DNA of 64,000 nucleotides from Octopus vulgaris (Eukaryota). Below, one piece after another: positions 54,058 to 64,000 of this stretch (position 1 is its first letter; each line of letters opens with the position of its first letter). The notes below the pieces were generated by a model that was given only the letters and a program-made list of their open reading frames with translations, was not told the origin of the DNA and searched no databases. The stretch is taken from NCBI GenBank assembly GCA_951406725.2, contig OX597830.1:65844001-65908000 (forward strand), in the 5' to 3' direction. The translations under genes were made by a program, and so were the position numbers.

Positions 54058-54604
54058 GAAGGAAGAAAGGAAGGAAGGAAGGAAGAAAGGAAGAAAAAAA
54101 GAAAGAAAGAAAGGAAGGAAGAAAGAAAAAGAGAAAGAAAGAAAGGAAGGAAGGAACAAAGAAAGAAAGAAAGAAAGAAAGGAAGGAAGGAAGGAAGGAA
54201 CAAAGGAAGAAAGAAAGGAAGGAAGAAAGGAAGAGAGAAAGAGAGAAAGAAAGGAAGAAAGGAAGGAAGGAAGAAAGAAAGAAAGAAAGGAATGAAGAAA
54301 GGAAGGAAGAAAGAAAGAAAGGAAGAAAGAAAGAAAGGAATGAAGAAAGAAAGAGAAAGGAAGGAAGAAAGGAAGAAAGAATGGAAGGAAGAAAGTAAGA
54401 AAAAAAGAAAGAAACAAAGAAAGGAAGGAAGAAAGAAAGAAAGAAAGAAAGAAAGGAAGAAAGGAAGGAAGGAAGGAAGAAAGAAAGAAGGAAAGAAAGA
54501 AAGGAAGAAAGAAAGAAAGAAAGGAAGGAAGAAAGAAAGGAAGAGAGGAAGAAAGAAAGGAAGGAAGAAAGAAGAAAGAAAGAAAGAAAGAAAGAAGAAA
54601 GGAA

Positions 54605-54635
<31 letters not shown>

Positions 54636-54803
54636 TGGAAGGAAGGAAGGTAGAAAGGAAGAAAAAAGAAAGAAAGAAAGGAAGGAAGAAAGAAGGAAAG
54701 AGAGAAAGAAAGAAAGGAAGGAAGGAAGAAAGGAAGAAAGAAGGAAAAAAAGAAAGGAAGGAAGAAATAAGGAAAGAAAGGAAGAAATAAAGAAAGAAAG
54801 GAA

Positions 54804-54834
<31 letters not shown>

Positions 54835-55182
54835 GGAAGAAAGGAAGGAAGAAAGAAGAAAGAAAGAAAGAAAGGAAGGAAGAAAGAAAGAAAGAAACGA
54901 AGGAAGAAATAAAGAAAGAAAGAAAGGAAGGAAGGAAGAAAGAAAGAAAGAAAGAAAGGAAGGAAGAAAGAAAGAAAGAAAGAAAGAAAGGAAGGAAGAA
55001 AGGAAGAAAGAAAGAAAGAAAGAAAGAAGGAAAGGAAGAAAGGAAGGAAGAAATAAAGATTAGAAGGAAGAAAGGAAGGAAGGAAGGAAGAAAGAAAGAA
55101 ACAAAGAAAGAAAGGAAGAAAGAAGAAAGAAAGAAAGAAAGAAAGAAAGAACGAACGAACGAACGAATGAATGAATGAATGA

Positions 55183-55221
<39 letters not shown>

Positions 55222-55407
55222 GAAGGAAGAAAGGAAGAAAGAAAGGAAGGAAGAAAGGAAGAAAGAAAGAGAGAAAGGAAGGAAGAAAGGAAGGAAGAAA
55301 GAAAGAGAGGAAGGAAGAAAGAAAGAAAGAAAGGAAGAAAGAAGGAAAGAAAGGAAGGAAGAAAGAAAGAAAGAAAGAAAGGAAAAAGAAAGAAAGAAAG
55401 AAAGGAA

Positions 55408-55441
<34 letters not shown>

Positions 55442-55707
55442 ACGAACGAACGAACGAACGAATGAATGAATGAATGAAAGAAAGAAAGAAAGAAAGAAAG
55501 AAAGGAAGGAAGAAAGGAAGAAAGGAAGAAAGAAAGGAAGGAAGAAAGGAAGAAAGAAAGAGAGAAAGGAAGGAAGAAAGGAAGGAAGAAAGAAAGAGAG
55601 GAAGGAAGAAAGAAAGAAAGAAAGGAAGAAAGAAGGAAAGAAAGGAAGGAAGGAAGAAAGGACGAAAAAAAGAAAGAAAGAAGGGAAGGAAGAAAGAAAG
55701 GAAGTAA

Positions 55708-55740
<33 letters not shown>

Positions 55741-56316
55741 GAAGGAAGGAAGAAAGGAAGAAAGAAAGGAAGGAAGAAAGGAAGGAAGAAAGGAAGAAAG
55801 AAAGAGAGAAAGGAAGGAAGAAAGAAAGAGAGGAAGGAAGAAAGAAAGAAAGAAAGGAAGAAAGAAGGAAAGAAAGGAAGGAAGAAAGAAAGAAAGAAAG
55901 AAAGGAAATAAGAAAGAAAGAAAGAAAGAAAGGAAGAAAGAAAGAAAGAAAGAAAGGAAGAAAGAAAGAAAGAAGGAAAGGGAGAAAGAAAGGAAGGAAG
56001 GAAGGAAGAAAGGAAGAAAGAAAGAAATAAAGAAAGAAAGAAAGGAAGGAAGGAAAAAAGGAAGAAAGAAAGAAAGGAAGGAAGATAGGAAGAAAGGAAG
56101 AAAGAAAGAAAGAAGGAAGAAAGAAAGAAAGAAAGAAAAAAAGAAAGAAAGGAAGGAAGGAAGGAAGGAAGGAAGAGGGGAAGAAAGAAAGTAAGGAAGA
56201 AAGGAAGGTAGAAAGGAAGAAAGAAAGAAAGAAAGGTAGGATGGAAGAAAGAAAGAAAGAACGAAAGGAAGGAAGAAAGAAAGAAAGAAAGAGAAAGAAA
56301 GGAAGGAAGAAAGGAA

Positions 56317-56353
<37 letters not shown>

Positions 56354-56529
56354 GAAGGAAGAAAGAAAGAAAGAAAGGAAGGAAGAAAGAAAGAAAGAAA
56401 GGAAGGAAGAAAGAAAGAAAGGAAGGAAGAAAGAAAGAGAGAAAGAAAGAAAGGAAGGAAGAAAGAAAGAAAGAAAGAAAGGAAGGAAAGAAAGAAAGGA
56501 AGGAAGAAAGAAAGGAAGGAAGGAAGGAA

Positions 56530-56571
<42 letters not shown>

Positions 56572-56736
56572 ATGAATGAATGAATAAATGAATGAATGAA
56601 TGAATGAAAGGAAGGAAGAAAGGAAGAAGGAAGGAAGAAAGGAAGAAGAAAAGAAAGAAAGAAAGGAAGGAAGAAAGAAAAAGAGAAAGGAAGAAAGGAA
56701 GGAATGAAGAAAGAAAGAAAGAAAGAAAGGAAGGAA

Positions 56737-56767
<31 letters not shown>

Positions 56768-57141
56768 TGGAAGAAAGGGAGGAAGGAAGGAAGAAAGGAA
56801 GAAAAAAGAAAGAAAGGAGGAAAGAAAGAAAGAAAGGAAGGAAGAAAGAAAGAAAGAAAGAGAGAAAGAAAGGATGGAAGGAAGAAAGAAAGAAAGAAAG
56901 AAAGAAGGAAGGAAGGAAAGAAAGAAAGAAAGAAAGGAAGGAAGGAAGAAAGAAAGAAAGAAAGAAAGAAAGGAAGGAAGGAAGGAAGAAAGAAAGAAAG
57001 AAAGAAAGAAAGGAAGAAAAGATGGAAGGAAGGAAGAATGGAAGAAAAAAGAAAGAAAGAAAGAAAGAAGGAAGAAAGAAAGAAAGAAAGAAAGGAAGAA
57101 AGGAAGGAAGGAAGAAAGGAAGAAAGAAAGAAAGAAAGAAA

Positions 57142-57189
<48 letters not shown>

Positions 57190-57398
57190 ATGAAAGAAAG
57201 GAAGGAAGGATGAAAGAAAGAAAGAAAGAAAGGAGGAAGAATGGAGGAAAGAAAGAAAGAAAGAAAGAAAGAAAAAAAGAAAGAAAGAAAGAAAGAAAGG
57301 AAGGAAGGAAGAAACGAAGAAAGAAAGAAAGGAAGGAAGAAAGAAACGAAGAAAGAAAGAAAGAAAGAATGTAAGAAAGAAAGAAAGAAAGGAAGAAA

Positions 57399-57431
<33 letters not shown>

Positions 57432-57812
57432 GAAGGAAGAAAGGAACGAAGGAAGGAAGAAAGGAAGGAAAAAAGAAAGAAAGAAAGGAAGGAAGAAAGA
57501 AAAAGTGAAAGAAAGAAAGGAAGTAAGGAACAAAGAAAGAAAGAAAGAAAGGAAGGAAGGAAGAAAGAAAGGAAGGAAGAAAGGAAGAGAGAAAGAAAGA
57601 AAGAAAGGAAGAAAGGAAGGAAGAAAGAAAGAAAGAAAGAAAGGAATGAAGAAAGGAAGGAAGAAAGAAAGAAAGAAAGAAAGAAAGGAAGAAAGAAAGA
57701 AAGAAGGAAGAAAGAAAGAAAGAAAGAAAGGAAGAAAGAAAGGAAGAAAGGAAGAAAGAAGGAAGGAAGAAAGTAAGAAAGAAAGAAAGAAACAAAGAAA
57801 CAAAGAAAGAAA

Positions 57813-57845
<33 letters not shown>

Positions 57846-57873
57846 GAAGGAAGGAAGGAAGAAAGGATGAAAA

Positions 57874-57912
<39 letters not shown>

Positions 57913-58255
57913 GAAGAATGGAAGAAAGGAAGGAAGTAAGAAAGGTAGAAAAAAAGAAAGAAAGAAAGAAAGGAAGAAAGAAAGAAAGAAAGGAAGGAAG
58001 AAAGAAAGAATGAGAGAAAGAAAGGATGGAAGGAAGAAAGAAAGAAAGAAAGAAAGAAAGGAAGGAAGAAAGAAAGAAAGAAAGAAATAAAGGAAGGAAG
58101 GAAGAAAGAAAGAAAGAATGGAAAGAAGAAAGAAAGAAAGAAAGAAAGGAAGGAAGAAAGAAAGAAAGAAAGGAAGAAAGAAAGGAAGAAAGGAAGAAAG
58201 AAAGGAAGGAAGAATGTAAGAAAGAAAGAAAGAAAGATAGACTGAAAGAAAGGAA

Positions 58256-58292
<37 letters not shown>

Positions 58293-58801
58293 GAAGGAAG
58301 GAAGAAAGGAAGAAAGAAAGAAAGAAAGGAAGGAAGAAAGAAAGAAAGAAAGAAAGAAAGGAAGGAAGGTAAGAAAGGAAGAAAGAAAGGAAGGAAGAAA
58401 GGAAGAAAGAAAGAGAGAAAGGAAGGAAGAAAGGAAGAAAGAAAGAAAGAAGGAAAGGAAGAAAGGAAGGAAGAAATAAAGATTAGAAGGAAGAAAGGAA
58501 GGAAGAGAGAAAGAAAGAGAGAAAGAAAGAAAGGAAGGAAGAAAGAAAGAAAGAAAGAAAGGAAGGAAGAAAGGAAGAAAGAAAGAAATAAAGAAAGAAA
58601 GAACGAACGAACGAACGAATGAATGAATGAATGAATGAATGAAAGAAAGAAAGAAAGAAAGAAAGAAATAAAGAAAGAAAGGAAGGAAGAAAGGAAAGAA
58701 GAAAAGAAGAAAGAAAGAAAGAAAGGCAAGAAAGGAAGGAAGGAAGGAAGAAAGGACGAAAAAAAGAAAGAAAGAAAGGAAGGAAGAAAGAAAGGAAGGA
58801 A

Positions 58802-58838
<37 letters not shown>

Positions 58839-58964
58839 GAAGGAAGGAAGAAAGGAAGACAGATAGGAAGGAAGAAAGGAAGAAAGAAAGAGAGAAAGGA
58901 AGGATGAAAGGAAGGAAGGGAGAAAGGAAAGAAAGAAAGAGAAAGAAAGGAAGAAAGAAAGGAA

Positions 58965-59013
<49 letters not shown>

Positions 59014-59545
59014 GAAATAAGAAAGAAAGAAAGAAAGGAAGGAAGAAAGAAAGAAAGAAAGAAAGGGAGAAAGAAAGAAAGGAAGGAAGAAAGGAAGGAA
59101 GAAAGAAAGAAAGAAAGAAAGGAAGGAAGGAAAAAAGGAAGAAAGAAAGAAAGGAAGGAAGAAAGGAAGGAAGAAAGAAAGAAAGAAAGAAAGGAAGGAA
59201 AAAAGGAAGAAAGAAAGAAAGGAAGGAAGAAAGAAAGAAAGAAAGAAAGGAAGGAAGGAAGGAAGGAAGGAAAGAAAGGAAGAAAGAAAGAATGAAAGGA
59301 AGGAAGAAAGGAAGGAAGAAAGGAAGAAAGAAAGAAAGAAAGAAAGGTAGGAAGGAAGAAAGAAAGAACGAAAGGAAGGAAGAAAGAAAGAAAGAAAGAA
59401 GGAAAGAAAGGAAGGAAGAAAGGAAGGAAGAAAGGAAGAAAGAAGGAAAGAAAGAAAGGAAGGAAGAAAGAAAGAAAGAAAGGAAGGAAGGAAGGAAGAA
59501 AGAAAGAAAGGAAGGAAGAAAGAAAGAGAGAAAGAAAGAAAGGAA

Positions 59546-59583
<38 letters not shown>

Positions 59584-60052
59584 AGGAAGGAAGAAAGAAA
59601 GAAAGGAAGGAAGAAAGGAGGAAAGAAAGAAAGAAAGAAGGAAAGGAAGAAAGGAAGGAAGGAAGAAATAAAGATTAGAAGGAAGAAAGGAAGGAAGGAA
59701 AGAAAGAAACAAAGAAAGAAACCAAGAAAGAAAGGAAGAAAGAAAGGAAGGAAGAAAGAAAGAAAGGAAGGAAGAAAGAAAGAGAGAAAGATAGAAAGAA
59801 TGAAAGAAAGAAAGGAAGAAAGGAAGGAAGAAAGAAAGAAAGAAAGAAAGAAAGGAAGGAAGGAAAGAAGAAAGAAAGAAAGAAAGGAAGGAAGAAAGAA
59901 TGAAGGAAAGAAAGAGAGGAAGGAAGGAAGAAAGAAAGAAAGAAAGGAAGGACGAAAGGAAGGAAGGAAGAAACAAAGAAAGAAAGAAAGGAACGAAGGA
60001 AGGAAGGAAGAAAGAAGGAAAAAGAAAGAAAGAAAGAAAGAAAGGAAGGAAA

Positions 60053-60093
<41 letters not shown>

Positions 60094-60144
60094 GAAAGAA
60101 AGAAAGAAAGAAAGAAGGAAGGAAGAAAGAAAGAAAGAAAGAAA

Positions 60145-60184
<40 letters not shown>

Positions 60185-61091
60185 GAAAGAAAGAAAGAAA
60201 GGAAGGAAGAAAGAAAGAATGAAAGAATGAAAGGAAGGAAGGAAGGAAAGAAAGAAAGAAAGAAGGAAAGAATGGAAGGAAGGAAGGAAGAAAGAAATAA
60301 AAAAAGAAAAAAAGAAAGGATGGAAGAAAGGAAGGAAGGAAGAAAGAAAGAAAGAAAGAAGGAAGAAAGAAAGAAAGAAAGAAAGAAAAAAAGAAAGAAA
60401 GGAAGGATGAAAGAAAGGAAGAAAGAAAGAAAGAAAGGAATGAAGGAAGAAAGGAAGAAAGAAAAAGAAAGAAAGAAAGAAAGGAAGAAACAAAGAAAGA
60501 AAGAAAGAAAGAAAGAAGGAAGGAAGAAAGGAAGAAAGGGAAGAAAGAAAGGAAGGAAGAAAGAAAGAGAGAAAGAAAGATAGGATGGAAGAAAGGAAGG
60601 AAGGAAGGAAGAAAGAAAGATAGAAAGAAAGGAAGGAAGGAAGGAAGAAAGAAAGAAAGGAAGAAAGAAAGGAAGGAAGAACGAAGGAAGAAAGAAAGAA
60701 AGAATGGAAGGAAGAAAGGAAGGAAGAAAGGAAGGAAGGAAGAAAGGAAGAAAAAAGACAGAAAGAAAGGAAGGAAGAAAGAAAAAGAGAAAGAAAGAAA
60801 GGAAGGAAGGTAGAAAGGAAGAAAGAAAGGAAGGAAGAAAGGAAGAAAGAAAGGAAGCAAGAAAGAGAGAAAGGAAGGAAGAAAGGAAGAAAGAAAGAAA
60901 GAAAGAAAGAAGGAAAGGAAGAAAGGAAGGAAGAAATAAAGATGAGTAGGAAGAAAGGAAGGAAGAGAGAAAGAAAGAGAGAAAGAAAGAAAGGAAGAAA
61001 GAAAGAAAGAAAGAAAGGAAGGATGAAAGGAAGAAAGAAAGAAATAAAGAAAGAAAGAACGGAACGAACGAACGAAAGAATGAATGAATGA

Positions 61092-61126
<35 letters not shown>

Positions 61127-61244
61127 GAAGGAAGAAAGGAAAGAAGAAAAGAAGAAAGAAAGAAAGAAAGGCAGAAAGGAAGGAAGGAAGGAAGAAAGGA
61201 CGAAAAAAGAAAGAAAGAAAGGAAGGAAGAAAGAAAGGAAGGAA

Positions 61245-61275
<31 letters not shown>

Positions 61276-61395
61276 GGAAGTAAGAAAGGAAGACAGATAG
61301 GAAGGAAGAAAGGAAGAAAGAAAGAGAGAAAGGAAGGATGAAAGGAAGGAAGGGAGAAAGGAAGAAAGAAAGAGAGGAAGGAAGAAAGAAAGGAA

Positions 61396-61428
<33 letters not shown>

Positions 61429-62542
61429 GAAATAAGAAAGAAAGAAAGAAAGGAAGAAGAAAGAAAGAAAGAAGGAAAGGGAGAAAGAAAGAAAGGAAGG
61501 AAGAAAGGAAGGAAGAAAGAAAGAAAGAAAGAAAGGAAGGAAGGAAAAAAGAAAGAAAGAAAGAAAGGAAGGAAGAAAGGAAGAAAGGAAGAAAGAAAGA
61601 AGGAAGAAAGAAAGAAAGAAAGAAAGAAAGGAAGGAAGGAAGGAAGGAAGGAAAGAAGAGGGGAAGAAAGAAAGAATGAAAGGAAGGAAGAAAGGAAGGA
61701 AGAAAGGAAGAAAGATAGAAAGAAAGGTAGGATGGAAGAAAGAAAGAACGAAAGGAAGGAAGAAAGAAAGAAAGAAAGAAGAAAGAAAGGAAGGAAGAAA
61801 GGAAGGAAGAAAGGAAGAAAGAAGGAAAGAAAGAAAGAAAGAAAGGAAGGAAGAACGAAAGAAAGAAAGGAAGGAAGGAAGGAAGGAAGAAAGAAAGAAA
61901 GGAAGGAAGAAAGAAAGAGAGAAAGAAAGAAAGGAAGGAAGAAAGAAAGAAAGAAAGGAAGGAAGAAAGAAAGAAAGGAAGGAAGAAAGGAGGAAAGAAG
62001 GAAAGAAAGAAAGAAGGAAAGGAAGAAAGGAAGGAAGGAAGGAAGGAAGAAATAAAGATTAGAAGGAAGAAAGGAAGGAAGGAAGGAAGGAACAAAGAAA
62101 GAAACAAAGAAAGAAACCAAGAAAGAAAGGAAGAAAGAAAGGAAGGAAGAAAGAAAGAAAGAAAGGAAGGAAGAAAGAAAGAGAGAAAGATAGAAAGAAT
62201 GAAAGAAAGAAAGGAAGGAAGAAGAGAAGAAAGAAAGAAAGAAAGGAAGGAAGGAAAGAAGAAAGAAAGAAAGAAAGGAAGGAAGAAAGAATGAAGGAAA
62301 GAAAGAGAGGAAGGAAGGAAGAAAGAAAGAAAGAAAGGAAGGACGAAAGGAAGGAAGGAAGAAACAAAGAAAGAAAGGAACGAAGGAAGGAAGGAAGAAA
62401 GAAGGAAAATGAAAGAAAGAAAGAAAGAAAGGAAGGAAAGGAAGGAAGAAAGAAAGAAAGAAAGAAAGAAAGGAAGAAAGAAAGAAAGAAAGGAAAAAGA
62501 AAGAAAGAAAGGAAGGAAGGAAGAAAGAAAGAAAGAAACAAA

Positions 62543-62575
<33 letters not shown>

Positions 62576-62738
62576 GGAGGAAGAAAGAAAGAAAGAAAGG
62601 AAGGAAGAAAGAAAGAATGAAAGAATGAAAGGAAGGAAGGAAGGAAAGAAGAAAGAAAGAAAGAAGGAAAGAATGGAAGGAAGGAAGGAAGAAAGAAATA
62701 AAAAAAGAAAAAAAGAAAGGATGGAAGAAAGGAAGGAA

Positions 62739-62769
<31 letters not shown>

Positions 62770-62871
62770 GGAAGAAAGAAAAAAAGAAAGAAAGAGAAAA
62801 AGATAGAAAGGAAGGATGAAAGAAAGGAAGAAAGAAAGAAAGAAAGAAAGAAAGGAATGAAGGAAGAAAGT

Positions 62872-62902
<31 letters not shown>

Positions 62903-63360
62903 GAAGAAACAAAGAAAGAAAGAAAGGAAGGAAGGAAGAAAGGAAGAAAGAAAGAAAGGAGAAAGAAAGGAAGGAAGAAAGAAAGAGAGAAAGAAAGATA
63001 GGATGGAAGAAAGGAAGGAAGGAAGGAAGAAAGGAAGATAGAAAGAAAGGAAGGAAGGGAGGAAGAAAGAAAGAAAGGAAGAAAGAAAGGAAGGAACGAA
63101 CGAAGGAAGAAAGAAAGAAAGAATGGAAGGAAGAAAGGAAGGAAGAAAGAAAGAAAGAAAGGAAGGAAGAAAGGAAGAAAGAAAGAAAGAAAGGAAGGAA
63201 GGAAGAAGGAAGAAAGAAAGAAAGGAAAGAAAGAAAGAAAGAATGAAAGAAAGAAAGGAAGAAAGAAAGAAAGAAAGATAGGAAGGAAGAAAGGAAGGAA
63301 GAAAGAAAGAAAGAAAGGAAAGAAGGAAGAAAGGAAGAAAGAAAGAAAGGAAAGGAAGAA

Positions 63361-63417
<57 letters not shown>

Positions 63418-63531
63418 GAAAGAAAGAAGGAAGAAAGAAGAAAGAAAGAAAGAAAGGAAGAAAGAAAGAAAGAAGAAAGAAAGAAAGGAAGAAAGAAAGA
63501 AAGAAAGAAGAAAGAAGGAAGAAGGAAGGAA

Positions 63532-63562
<31 letters not shown>

Positions 63563-63586
63563 GGAAGGAAGAAAGAAGGAAAAGAA

Positions 63587-63623
<37 letters not shown>

Positions 63624-63909
63624 GAAGAAAGAAAGAAAGAAAGAAAGGAAGGAAGAAAGAAAGAAGAAAGAAAGAAAGGAAAGAAAGGAAGAAAGAAAGA
63701 AAAAGAAAGAAAGATAGATGGAAAGAAAGGAAGAAAGAAAGGAAGATAGAAAGAAAGGAAGGAAGGGAGGAAGAAAGAAAGAAAGGAAGAAAGAAAGGAA
63801 GGAAGAAAGATAGGAAGAAAGAAAGAAAGGAAGGAAGAAAGGAAGAAAGAAAGAAAGAAAGGAAGGAAGAAAGAAGAAAGAAAGAAAAAAAGAAAGAAAG
63901 AAGGAAGAA

Positions 63910-63940
<31 letters not shown>

Positions 63941-64000
63941 TGAAAGAAAGAAAGGAAAGAAAGAAAGAAAGATGATAGGAAGGAAGAAAGGAAGGAAGAA
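48733..64000. repeat. Giant polypurine/polypyrimidine (GAAA/GGAA) satellite with (GAAT)n and (GAAC)n landmarks
   Basis: More than 15 kb of almost only A/G on the + strand, running off the window end. Rare pyrimidine-containing words recur at regular spacings. Confidence 0.97.

Noticed and set aside
48666-62912. 4748-aa and other giant F/L/S/P or K/E/R/G ORFs
   Set aside because: They are stop-free only because the pyrimidine strand rarely forms stop codons. They are open in several frames with tetranucleotide periodicity and no domain content.

Overview
This is AT-rich, repeat-saturated metazoan genomic DNA, most likely intronic or intergenic. The SINE, RTE and microsatellite landscape looks like an octopus genome; I recognised this from memory and did not verify it by search. 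No intact host gene is evident, and almost all long ORFs in the track are simple-repeat artefacts. Positions 1-48.7 kb are a mosaic of two tRNA-derived SINE families, RTE and CR1 LINE fragments, and DD37D/maT, mariner, Tc2/pogo-like, piggyBac-like, hAT-like and 9-bp-TSD DNA-transposon relics, set among (TA)n/(CA)n/(CAT)n/(AAT)n tracts. Positions 48.7-64 kb are a >15 kb almost pure polypurine (GAAA/GGAA) satellite with hidden higher-order periodicity. The most notable hidden signal is about 8 minimal type I hammerhead-ribozyme motifs (intact, variant-core and decayed), in short, mostly unrelated inserts that often sit in or next to microsatellites. Four inserts have a fold-back arm-spacer-arm-tail architecture, and two of these carry hammerhead motifs. 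Together this suggests a diverse population of Penelope-like, ribozyme-bearing retroelements.
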